Of a stretch of 52,244 nucleotides of DNA, positions 29,370 through 38,128 are shown one piece after another. How positions within the stretch are numbered: position 1 is the first letter of the stretch; each line of letters begins with the position of its first letter. Position numbers and translations under genes: made by a program. The notes under the pieces were generated by a model. The model was not told the DNA's origin and did no database searches. It saw only the letters and a program-made list of their open reading frames with translations. Source of the stretch: Bacteroidaceae bacterium (GTDB lineage Bacteria > Bacteroidota > Bacteroidia > Bacteroidales > Bacteroidaceae); NCBI GenBank assembly GCA_045645045.1, contig JAZRIA010000208.1, forward strand, positions 1 through 52,244, read 5' to 3'.

Positions 29370-31736
29370 CTAAAATCTCAACGTCACATGCCCCATCATA
29401 TTGAATCCTGCCGAGGGGGTGTAGCCTATTTGGTAGTAGCGATTGTCTTCGGTGAAGCCGTAGTCGGGGACAACACTGCTATACACCCATCCGCTTTGTG
29501 CGAAATGGCGGTCGAAGATGTTGTTCAGGTCCAGACCGAATACCACCTGCTTCAGGCGGGCATTGTTCTTCCTGGGATTGAGAGTATAGCTCAGGCGCAC
29601 GGCAGTAGTGCTGTATTGAGGCAGAGAGCGGTCCAGGCACTGGGTGTTGTCCAGATACTGGCGGCTCACGAAGTTGGTATGCCACACTGCCTTCAGTCCC
29701 TGCCAACGGAAAGTTGCCATACCATTGAGCACCACCGAGGGAGAGAATGCCAGAGTGGAGTTGTCGTAGTGCTTCACCTGGAAGGACTCGTCCCAATCAT
29801 AACTTACATGCTCGTCGAAGGCAAGTATCCTGTTGCGACTGAAGGCACCGTTCACATCCAGCGAGAGCCATTTCCATGGCGAATAGCCAGCACTCACCTC
29901 TATGCCCATGCGGTAGGAGTCCTCTATGTTTGTGGTCAGCGCCTCGCCTATGTCGCTCAGTTCGCCCGTCTGCACCAACTGGTCCTTATACCCCATGTAG
30001 TAAGCACCCACCGAGGCATACCAGTTCTTGCCGTCATAGGAGTAGCCCACCTCCACATCGTGCAGACGCTCGGCACGTGGTGCACCGCTCTGGCCGTTGT
30101 CGGTGAAGTTGTTGCGCTCAGGTTCTCTGGAACTCATGGCATAGCTGGCATAGGCACGATGTCCGCCCTTGTGCCAGGCAAAGCCAGCCTTGGGATTGAG
30201 GAAGTCGTATGTCACATCCACATTGAGCGGTTGGGGCTGATACATGCCGTTGGCATCCTTCTGGAACTTGTCGTTGTAGCCATCGGTACGGAAGCCCACA
30301 TGGCGATACTGCACATCGGCAAAGGCATCCCACTGGTCGCTGAGGTGATAGGTGGCCTTGGCAAAGACGGACAGGTCGGTCTTCCATGCATCGCTATCAT
30401 AGTACTGGTACTTTCCGCCAGGAGTGGGGATATAGTGCTTACGAAGGTCCTCGTTGCTGATGTATGTAAGGTAACCGAAATGGTTGCCTGTGAAGCCCTG
30501 TGCCGACAGACCTGTTATCACGTCCCAACGCTTGTCCTTGTAGTTGGCATTCAGGTTCACGCCATAGGTGTGCTGAGTCAGTCCCTTCTGTCGCACGAAG
30601 TCGGCCCTCGTGCTGCCGTCCTGCGGCACATAGTTCAGGCCGAACTTGCTTCCAGCCTTGTTCTGGTAGCGGAACTCGTCGTAATAGCCATAGCCATAGG
30701 TGTAGCGCAGAGCAGCCGTGGTGCTCCAGTGGTCGTTTATGCGCCAAGCTGCAGAGAGGATGTTGTGGTTCTGCCAGAAGTTGTCCGTGGTACGCTCCCA
30801 CAGGCTTCCGTCCACCTTGGCATAGCGCTCGGTCTTCCATGCCGAGGCATCGTCCCAGTCCTCTATGAAACGCTCGTACAGACTATTGAAGCGTCCCAGT
30901 CCCATGCGGTAGAGGTCTTCGTAGGTCTTCACCCCACCATAGGCATTCAGGCTGTAGTCATCATTGCCTGCCGTGACTCCGTTCCATGCCTGGCCGGTAC
31001 TTTCAAAGTTGCCCAGGTTTCTGTATTTCAGCACTAGACGGCTGTCCTCGTTCAGCCATGCCACACCGGCGGTATAACTGCCGCTCTTGCCATGTGTGCC
31101 ATGCAGATAACCGTCGGTCTGTGTCTGATGATAGGCACCATCCACCACCCAATGCTTGCCCACAAGGCCCGTGGAGAACTGACCACCGGCACGCCATGTA
31201 TTGTAACTGCCATAACTGCCCGTCACCTCCAGCATGGGTTCCATCTGTGGCAAGCGTGTCTGCATGGCAATGCTGCCTCCGAAGGCACCGTCGCCATTGC
31301 TGCTGCTGCCCACACCACGCTGAATCTGCACACTGCCCAGCAGTGAGGCATACGAGTTCATGTTTGCCCAGAACACACACTGGTCCTCGGGCGAATTGAG
31401 CGAAATGCCGTCTATGGTAACGTTCACACGGCTGCCGGCACTTCCTCGCATACGCATGTACACCGTGCCCGTGCCCAGTCCGTTCTCGCTCCATGCTACC
31501 ACACCCGGAGTGCGTGCAAACAGATATGGCAGTTCCTGTCCGCCTGTGGAAAACTCCTGCAACTCCTTCTTGCTGATTCTGCTCACGGCAAATGGCGCAC
31601 CTTTGGGGGCACTAACCGCCGCCACCACTACCTCACTCAACTCTGCCACACGTGCAGAATCCCTCTCACTCTCCTGGGCACTGCTCATGCCCGCCACACC
31701 TGCCAAGGCAAGCACGGCAAGAAACTTTCCTTTCAT
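29370..31736 (-). CDS. TonB-dependent outer membrane receptor (thiamine-regulated)
   Basis: 788-aa ORF with a signal peptide, a plug region and a C-terminal ...HVTLRF. A TPP riboswitch lies in its leader. Confidence 0.9.
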   Translation of the reverse strand: MKGKFLAVLALAGVAGMSSAQESERDSARVAELSEVVVAAVSAPKGAPFAVSRISKKELQEFSTGGQELPYLFARTPGVVAWSENGLGTGTVYMRMRGSAGSRVNVTIDGISLNSPEDQCVFWANMNSYASLLGSVQIQRGVGSSSNGDGAFGGSIAMQTRLPQMEPMLEVTGSYGSYNTWRAGGQFSTGLVGKHWVVDGAYHQTQTDGYLHGTHGKSGSYTAGVAWLNEDSRLVLKYRNLGNFESTGQAWNGVTAGNDDYSLNAYGGVKTYEDLYRMGLGRFNSLYERFIEDWDDASAWKTERYAKVDGSLWERTTDNFWQNHNILSAAWRINDHWSTTAALRYTYGYGYYDEFRYQNKAGSKFGLNYVPQDGSTRADFVRQKGLTQHTYGVNLNANYKDKRWDVITGLSAQGFTGNHFGYLTYISNEDLRKHYIPTPGGKYQYYDSDAWKTDLSVFAKATYHLSDQWDAFADVQYRHVGFRTDGYNDKFQKDANGMYQPQPLNVDVTYDFLNPKAGFAWHKGGHRAYASYAMSSREPERNNFTDNGQSGAPRAERLHDVEVGYSYDGKNWYASVGAYYMGYKDQLVQTGELSDIGEALTTNIEDSYRMGIEVSAGYSPWKWLSLDVNGAFSRNRILAFDEHVSYDWDESFQVKHYDNSTLAFSPSVVLNGMATFRWQGLKAVWHTNFVSRQYLDNTQCLDRSLPQYSTTAVRLSYTLNPRKNNARLKQVVFGLDLNNIFDRHFAQSGWVYSSVVPDYGFTEDNRYYQIGYTPSAGFNMMGHVTLRF

Positions 31737-31831
31737 AGGAATCCTTTCTCTTCGTCGTTCGTAATCACCGTTACGAATTACTGGTTGGAAAATTGGCCCG
31801 TTCCCTATACCTTATTTATATTATAAGGGAA

Positions 31832-31933
31832 CCAACCGTTCATACTCTCTACGCCGGCACTACCCGGTTCAGATCATTTGAGGGTATATTCTCAGCAAGG
31901 CCAATATCAGCCATGCACCCCTGATGACGTTGG
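31832..31933 (-). promoter_or_regulatory. TPP (THI-box) riboswitch
   Basis: Minus-sense reads CCAACGUCAUCAGGGGUGC...GCUGAGAAUAUACCCUCAAAUGAUCUGAACCGGGUAGUGCCGGCGUAGAGAGUAUGAACGGUUGG. The conserved GGGGUGC, CUGAGA, ACCC and GAUCUG...GCCGGCG blocks are present, and P1 closes as CCAAC/GUUGG. Confidence 0.85.
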
Positions 31934-31964
31934 CAAAGGTACGAATAAGTGAGAGAATAACAAA
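31934..31964 (-). promoter_or_regulatory. Promoter of the riboswitch/TonB receptor/PnuC operon
   Basis: Minus-sense TTTG-N19-TACCTTTG, immediately upstream of the riboswitch. Confidence 0.6.
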
Positions 31965-31993
31965 ATAATGCTTGCATTAATTTTGCTATTCCG

Positions 31994-32050
31994 AACGGAA
32001 GTACCTTCGACCGCCAGGTCAAGGGTACAAATAAGTGAGAGAAGTACAAA
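31994..32050 (-). repeat. Duplicate promoter-plus-leader module, copy 2
   Basis: Minus-sense TTTG-N19-TACCCTTG (32020-32050), followed by the shared leader ggtcgaaggtacttccg. The spacer is about 27/31 identical to the promoter at 31934-31964. Confidence 0.5.
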
Positions 32051-32152
32051 ATTAATTTGGATTTATTTTTACTTCCGAACCGACGCAGGAAGCGAGAGAA
32101 GAGTCAAGTTTACTTGAACTATGCCGAGCAACAAGGAGGAAGACCGAAGGTC

Positions 32153-32208
32153 AACGGAAGTACCTTCGACCAAAGGTCAAGGGTAATACAATGTACGATA
32201 ATAACAAA
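32153..32208 (-). repeat. Duplicate promoter-plus-leader module, copy 3
   Basis: Minus-sense TTTG-N19-TACCCTTG (32178-32208), followed by the same leader (cggaagtaccttcgacc at 32155-32171, also at 31996-32012). Confidence 0.5.
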
Positions 32209-32282
32209 GCGAATTGCAATTTAATTTCAACCTTTCTTCAAAAAGAGTACCTTGACAGCCCCTAACATACCTTCAAAAAAAG

Positions 32283-32343
32283 CAGATAACGAGCGGAATG
32301 TGCAAAAACAAACGAGATTCCGCTTGTTATCTGTACTTTTTTT
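32283..32343. terminator. Strong bidirectional intrinsic terminator
   Basis: 17-bp stem cagataacgagcggaat / attccgcttgttatctg (one G-U) with a 17-nt loop. A7 run at 32275-32281 and T7 run at 32337-32343. Confidence 0.65.
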
Positions 32344-32375
32344 ATTATTTTTGTCACATCAAAAACCAAGCAAAC

Positions 32376-33800
32376 ATGTTGATAGGCAGAGATTACGAGA
32401 AAAAGGAATTACTGAGCGTGTTAAATAGCGACAACTCAGAATTTATAGCAATATATGGTCGTCGCCGAGTAGGGAAAACCTACCTTATCCGGGAGACATT
32501 CAATTACAGATTTACCTTCCAGCACACTGGAATGGCAAACTGCACCTCTAAAAAACAATTGGCAAGCTTCAGGGAATCCCTGCTGGAACAAGGAGCGGCA
32601 GATGTACCCAAGTTATCCAACTGGCTTGAAGCGTTTTCCGAGTTGAAACGTTTTCTTAAAATCTCAACAGACGAGAAAAAACTGGTATTCATTGACGAAC
32701 TGCCATGGCTCGACACAGCAAAGTCCGACTTCCTTACTGCACTTGAGTATTTTTGGAATGGTTGGGCAACAACCAGAAAAGACATTGTTCTGATAGTTTG
32801 CGGGTCTGCCACATCATGGATAGTGGAAAAGATTATAAACAATCACGGAGGCCTACATAACAGACTGACAAAAAGGATTAAACTCTCCCCCTTTACATTG
32901 AAGGAATGCGAGGAGTTTTGCATCAGCAGAAACCTCGCATTGAGCAGAGCACAAATTGTAGAGGCATACATGATTATGGGTGGCATCCCATATTACTGGA
33001 ATTACATAAAGAAGGGACAGAGTGTTGCCCAAAACATCGACACACTTTTCTTCAAGGAAGGTGGCGAACTACGCGACGAATTTGATATGCTGTACGCATC
33101 CTTATTTAGAAGGCCAGAAGGCTACATCAAGGTTGTCACCGCACTTGCTCAAAAGAAAGTCGGCATGTCAAGAAACGAAATCATCAAGTCCGCTAAACTC
33201 ACAGACAACGGCACTCTGACCAAAATGCTCAATGAACTTGAATGGTGTGGCTTTATCAGAAAATACAATTCCATTGGAAAAACTAATAAGGAAAGCGTAT
33301 TCCAACTTATTGACAACTATACCTTGTTCTACTTCCTGTTCATATGCAAAAACAAGCATAACGACGAGCATTTCTGGTCATCCTCGCTCAACTCTCCACT
33401 GTATAACACCTGGTCTGGTTTAGCCTACGAGCGGATATGCCTGCAGCACATACCTGCAATTAAATGTGCATTGGGCATATTCGGAGTACTCACAAATGTT
33501 TATTCATGGCGCCAGAATGCCAACGAAGAAAAGGGTTTTCCCGGAATTCAGATTGACATGCTTATAGACCGTCACGACCAAATCATCAATCTTTGTGAAA
33601 TAAAATACTCGAAAGCGGAATACTCTATTAGCAAAGAATACGATAGCGCACTTAGACAACGTTTGGAATTATTCCGTATAGGCACTCGTTGCAAAAAAGC
33701 CATCCACCTTACCATGATTACTACCTATGGTTTAACGGAAAATTCATATTCTCAAACGGTCCAAAACAGCATAACTATGGATGATCTCTTCTTTTGTTAG
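32376..33800 (+). CDS. AAA+ ATPase (archaeal-ATPase type) with C-terminal DUF234-like region
   Basis: Start at MLIGRDYEKKEL, after the terminator and the -7 box TATTTTTG (32346-32353). Walker A GRRRVGKTY, Walker B VFIDELPW. The C-terminus has IDMLID...LCEIKYS. Confidence 0.8.
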   Translation: MLIGRDYEKKELLSVLNSDNSEFIAIYGRRRVGKTYLIRETFNYRFTFQHTGMANCTSKKQLASFRESLLEQGAADVPKLSNWLEAFSELKRFLKISTDEKKLVFIDELPWLDTAKSDFLTALEYFWNGWATTRKDIVLIVCGSATSWIVEKIINNHGGLHNRLTKRIKLSPFTLKECEEFCISRNLALSRAQIVEAYMIMGGIPYYWNYIKKGQSVAQNIDTLFFKEGGELRDEFDMLYASLFRRPEGYIKVVTALAQKKVGMSRNEIIKSAKLTDNGTLTKMLNELEWCGFIRKYNSIGKTNKESVFQLIDNYTLFYFLFICKNKHNDEHFWSSSLNSPLYNTWSGLAYERICLQHIPAIKCALGIFGVLTNVYSWRQNANEEKGFPGIQIDMLIDRHDQIINLCEIKYSKAEYSISKEYDSALRQRLELFRIGTRCKKAIHLTMITTYGLTENSYSQTVQNSITMDDLFFC

Positions 33801-33808
33801 GACAACGC

Positions 33809-34954
33809 ATGACCATAACCCTCGCATTCGACTCGTTCAAAGGTTCGCTTACCTCCGACGAGGTGGCAGACGCCTTTCACGAAGGATTGCTCAGTGCACT
33901 GCCACACTGCACTGTAAACAAGGTGTGCATAGCCGATGGTGGAGAGGGAACCGCCGAAGCACTTGTCAGGACCTTGAAGGGAGAATGGTGCGAGACGATG
34001 GTATCCGACCCGCTCGGGCGCCTCATCAAGGCACGCTATGGCATAATCATGCATGAGAGTACGGCAATAATAGAAATGGCCTCGGCAAGCGGTCTGCCAC
34101 TGCTTAGCCCCGATGAGCGCAACCCAATGAAAACCACTACCTACGGAACAGGCCAACTCATTGCCCACGCCATAAGCCTGGGATACCGCAAGTTTCTCGT
34201 CGGCATAGGCGGCAGTGCCACCAACGACGGCGGTACGGGCATACTCCGCGCCCTTGGTTTCCGTTTTCTTGACAAGGAGGGAGGAGAACTGACCGGTGGA
34301 GGCGAAATCCTTGGGCACATCCACAGGATAGACAGTTCAAAGGCACTGCCACAACTAAGCGAATGTCAGTTTACCGTAGCATGCGATGTAGACAATCCGC
34401 TTTACGGTCCCAAAGGTGCCACACACGTCTTCGCGCCACAGAAAGGGGCCGATGCGGAGACGGTAGAACGCCTGGACAAGGGATTGCGCAACTATGCCGA
34501 AGCGATACACCGCTTCACCGGCAAGGACATATCACATGTTCCCGGAGCAGGAGCTGCCGGAGGCATGGGTGCAGGTATGATGGCTATGCTCGGTGCCCGT
34601 CTGGCAAAAGGCATAGACATGATTCTGGATGCCACACATTTTGACGAGATCATCAAGGGCAGCGACCTTGTAGTCACAGGCGAAGGGCGTATAGACCGCC
34701 AGACCCTCATGGGTAAAGCACCTGGCGGAGTGCTGAAAAGAGCAACTCTCCAGAGCATCCCCACCATTGCCATCGGGGGATGCATACAATGGTGCAAGGA
34801 ACTACTGGACAGCGGCTTTAAGGAAATCCTTTCCATCAATCCCGACAACCTGCCCGAAGCACAGGCCATGCAACACGGCACAGCCATGGAGAACGTAAGG
34901 CGGACTGGCAGGATGCTGGCAGAATATTACGCAAAGCAGGGATGGAGTTCTTGA
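33809..34954 (+). CDS. glxK: Glycerate kinase
   Basis: MTITLAFDSFKGS N-terminus and VVTGEGRIDRQTLMGKAP motif. Confidence 0.85.
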   Translation: MTITLAFDSFKGSLTSDEVADAFHEGLLSALPHCTVNKVCIADGGEGTAEALVRTLKGEWCETMVSDPLGRLIKARYGIIMHESTAIIEMASASGLPLLSPDERNPMKTTTYGTGQLIAHAISLGYRKFLVGIGGSATNDGGTGILRALGFRFLDKEGGELTGGGEILGHIHRIDSSKALPQLSECQFTVACDVDNPLYGPKGATHVFAPQKGADAETVERLDKGLRNYAEAIHRFTGKDISHVPGAGAAGGMGAGMMAMLGARLAKGIDMILDATHFDEIIKGSDLVVTGEGRIDRQTLMGKAPGGVLKRATLQSIPTIAIGGCIQWCKELLDSGFKEILSINPDNLPEAQAMQHGTAMENVRRTGRMLAEYYAKQGWSS

Positions 34955-35008
34955 TTCCATCCCTGATTCACGTTGATACTATTGCTCTAGAAAGTGCTAT
35001 TGACAAAT

Positions 35009-38000
35009 CTATTCAGGCTCCCAGTCCTTTACATGGCGTATAATAATACGTTTACGTCCATGCACATTTTCGTTCTGTACAATGTAGTTGTTACCTCCGA
35101 AACACCAGGAGTTACCATTTTCTAGTCCAAGACCACCAACAGAAGTCTGACCCAGAGCTGTATATGTGCTTACCATCGTAGCATCATTTCCCCACCAATT
35201 GTCATTCTTGATGTAAAGGGTCATCAAAGCCGCTTCACGAATGTTAGGAACACGGTACGTCTCTTGGGTAACAGGAGACTCATTATTTTCCAGCTGATTC
35301 TTTAAGTTGTTATATTCATTGAAAGTAGTAACAGTTCCTGTTGTCTGTCTTATGGAGGTCAAACCGCCAGTGACAAATCCACGATAGGTACGTGCAGATG
35401 TCGAAAATTCATTGGTTGGCAGAAGCTCCTTTGTTGTATAGTATCTTAAAGACTCTTCATTGACATTGCGCAAATCAAAACTATATACCGCATTAGCAGT
35501 TCCTTCGCCTTCCATACAATTCACAACCACTAAGGGATGTGGTAAATTTTCTTCCTTTTTGAGTATATTCTCCTTTGTTGGGTTATCCATTCCCAAATTA
35601 CGCACACATCGAACAGACAAATGTGGACGGAAAGGCTCACCATAATTATCATAATAGTCTACGCGATATCTGGTTGTCACGATACCCTGTTCTGCCCAAA
35701 AGTCCTGGACGGAATTATTCTCAGAACACTTGGTACTTGACAAGACATGACGACGGAAAGTCCTGTATCCGTCTGTTGAACCAGGAACGGCATATGCTGT
35801 ATTGTATAAGCGGCTATCGTTGCTCACACCCAATTCACCTATATATAAACCCAGAAGCTGGTTTGTAGCCGCCTGATACCACCGTACTTCATCCGGATCT
35901 ATAATTCCATTGCCATTATTGTCTCTGTTGCGCATCATGGTTGACCATCGCATGACCGCATAGTTGTCCTTCATCCATATCAGATTATAGTCATTCTCAC
36001 GGTCGTAGTCCAGATAAGTATCCCACCTAACTCCTTCGGCCATTGAGCCTCCTCTATTCAGTCCCCATAAACCCAATGTATTATACAATCCATTATCAGG
36101 AGAGTCGTTGTTCAAGAATTCAAACGAAGCTGGAGCATAGGTTACACTCTCAGATTTGTCATAGAAACCATAATTGGAGGTTTTTTCGTCTATGGTCTCA
36201 CATCCCCAAGCTGTCATCAAGTCTGCATTCTTCAGGTTGTAAGGTGTCTGTATGGAGCGTTGTCGTATGGTCACAATGCTTCCGGTAATGGAACTGTCAC
36301 CATCCTTGCTGAAAGCACTCTCACAAAGGATATGCATCAGTCTGTTGGGTTGGTTCACAAAACGCTTCCACAGATCCTGAGGCTTGTTGTTGGGGTTCAT
36401 AGGGTCAACCTCATAGTAGAATTCATTGACAAAGATCGTTATCCTCAGATTACCGTCTTTGTCAAAGGCATTGTCCTGATTGGCCTCATATTTTATTTTC
36501 TCGGCCTTCAAGAACGCCATGAACTCTACCACATCCATCAACGATTCATGTCCTATTCCCGGATAGGCTTTATTTCTGAATGAATAGGTACCATCTGCCT
36601 GCATGTCGTTAACACAGAACTCCACCCACTTGTAGTCCAGGTCATTATATATATCCTGCCCAGTCAACGGGTCCTTTACGGGTATTCCCTCACGACCGAA
36701 AGGAGTCTTCACATACCAGGTCATGGCATCTATATTTATGGAAGAAGCCGAGAACGTATACACTCGTTGCCCATAATGCGCATCAAACGTGTATACTTCC
36801 TCCTCTACAGAATAGACGTTTCCCATAGCTCCCGACTGGTTTTCAATCACTCCATCTGTACCGTCGTTGGAAGTCTCCACCTCCACCTCGATATTGTCCA
36901 CACCCTTAATGTTGATGGTGTATTTGTAATGAGTGTTTCTTACAATGTCATAGTTATCCTTGTCGCTAGCGAAGTCACCCAGGTGCACCACATACGTCAC
37001 ATCCGCTACAAGGTGCTGCTCCGTAGTCAGGCCGGGATCTACAAGCATCTTCAACTCACCCTTGATTATCATATACGTAGCCTGTTCTGGAGCATACTCC
37101 CACATGCCACCCTCCGTATTGTACTTCCCATAGTTTCCCGCCTCGGGGTCATCGGTGTACTTTATTCTTCTGTCACGATTATGATAATTGCCCTCAACGC
37201 TTTTCTTCTTGTCGTCAGACTTTAAATTCTCCAACGTGTAAAAAGAAAAACCGTATAGCACACCACCCGTAGGATTGCCGTTCACCAGCTCGTTTTCCGT
37301 GGTCTCAAAGGTCTTGGGTTGGGTATTGAAGAAAACGTCATCGGAAGATGCGAGTCCGCTCTGGCTGGGCATAAGCAGAGAGCTGTTCGGCAAATTTATC
37401 ACTTGCCACGACTCTGGAGTAAAATCCTCCACACGCTGATTATTGGTTTGTTCCGTGGGGTTTACTCTCACGTTTACCTCTACCTTGGCATCCAGGCGCT
37501 CAAGCATTATCTTGCCTCCGGGCACAGTGATGCTCCCATCCTCATAAATGCTCACACCGCTTCGGTTGCCAGTCATCATAAAGAATCCGGCATTTCGCTC
37601 TGGAAGTTCCTGATTCAGCGACACCATCAGGGCATTAAGTTCGTCCTGGCTTCGCACCAGCCCCAGACGGTCCTCCGACATGTTCATGAAGTCCAGGTCG
37701 ATATTGGCTATCAGGACTATTTCGGCTCCAGCACCGGAAACCGCAGGAACACAAATGTGCAGAGTACCTGACGTCTGGTCCGTACTTCCGTCCGACGACA
37801 TGTTTTGCACCTCCCAATATTCCTTGTTTCCCGTCTGGTCCAGGTCGTCGTCATCGAAATAGCGTCCATACACCTTCTTGCCGTCTGCAAAGAGGAACAC
37901 ATACATGTTTCGCACCATAGACTCATGGTGAAGCTCGTAGGTGCCACGGGTTGTAACACGTATCTCTTCATGTTCCTTGGAACCGAAGGACAGTGCCACC

Positions 38001-38116
38001 CTTACCTCCTTATCACCCACATTGGTCAACGAGGCAAGGTCGTCTTCGGTGCAACCTGCCACAAGCATGCCCGTCAGGAGCAGTATGCCCAGTATGCGTA
38101 TCCAGTCTTTTATCAT
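35009..38116 (-). CDS. Large type V pilus accessory/tip lipoprotein (fimbrillin-like N-terminus, lectin-like C-terminus)
   Basis: 1035-aa ORF with lipobox LVAGC. Fimbrillin strand motif IMLERLDAKVEVNVRV and a THYKYTINIKG segment. The C-terminal modules carry VRWYQAATNQLLGL...SVRCVRN and YRVPNIREAALMTL. Confidence 0.6.
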   Translation of the reverse strand: MIKDWIRILGILLLTGMLVAGCTEDDLASLTNVGDKEVRVALSFGSKEHEEIRVTTRGTYELHHESMVRNMYVFLFADGKKVYGRYFDDDDLDQTGNKEYWEVQNMSSDGSTDQTSGTLHICVPAVSGAGAEIVLIANIDLDFMNMSEDRLGLVRSQDELNALMVSLNQELPERNAGFFMMTGNRSGVSIYEDGSITVPGGKIMLERLDAKVEVNVRVNPTEQTNNQRVEDFTPESWQVINLPNSSLLMPSQSGLASSDDVFFNTQPKTFETTENELVNGNPTGGVLYGFSFYTLENLKSDDKKKSVEGNYHNRDRRIKYTDDPEAGNYGKYNTEGGMWEYAPEQATYMIIKGELKMLVDPGLTTEQHLVADVTYVVHLGDFASDKDNYDIVRNTHYKYTINIKGVDNIEVEVETSNDGTDGVIENQSGAMGNVYSVEEEVYTFDAHYGQRVYTFSASSINIDAMTWYVKTPFGREGIPVKDPLTGQDIYNDLDYKWVEFCVNDMQADGTYSFRNKAYPGIGHESLMDVVEFMAFLKAEKIKYEANQDNAFDKDGNLRITIFVNEFYYEVDPMNPNNKPQDLWKRFVNQPNRLMHILCESAFSKDGDSSITGSIVTIRQRSIQTPYNLKNADLMTAWGCETIDEKTSNYGFYDKSESVTYAPASFEFLNNDSPDNGLYNTLGLWGLNRGGSMAEGVRWDTYLDYDRENDYNLIWMKDNYAVMRWSTMMRNRDNNGNGIIDPDEVRWYQAATNQLLGLYIGELGVSNDSRLYNTAYAVPGSTDGYRTFRRHVLSSTKCSENNSVQDFWAEQGIVTTRYRVDYYDNYGEPFRPHLSVRCVRNLGMDNPTKENILKKEENLPHPLVVVNCMEGEGTANAVYSFDLRNVNEESLRYYTTKELLPTNEFSTSARTYRGFVTGGLTSIRQTTGTVTTFNEYNNLKNQLENNESPVTQETYRVPNIREAALMTLYIKNDNWWGNDATMVSTYTALGQTSVGGLGLENGNSWCFGGNNYIVQNENVHGRKRIIIRHVKDWEPE

Positions 38117-38128
38117 GTAATCTTACTC

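Noticed and set aside
29346-31037. 563-aa plus-strand ORF antisense to the TonB-dependent receptor
   Set aside because: It is a shadow ORF. It has a Val/His/Gly/Ala-rich, featureless composition and no recognisable motifs. It lies entirely inside a confidently identified minus-strand gene.
32298-32375. N-terminal extension of the AAA+ ATPase ORF (MCKNKRDSACYLYFFYYFCHIKNQAN)
   Set aside because: It is encoded by the terminator hairpin/T-tract and by the -7 promoter box, so the true start is the Met at 32376.
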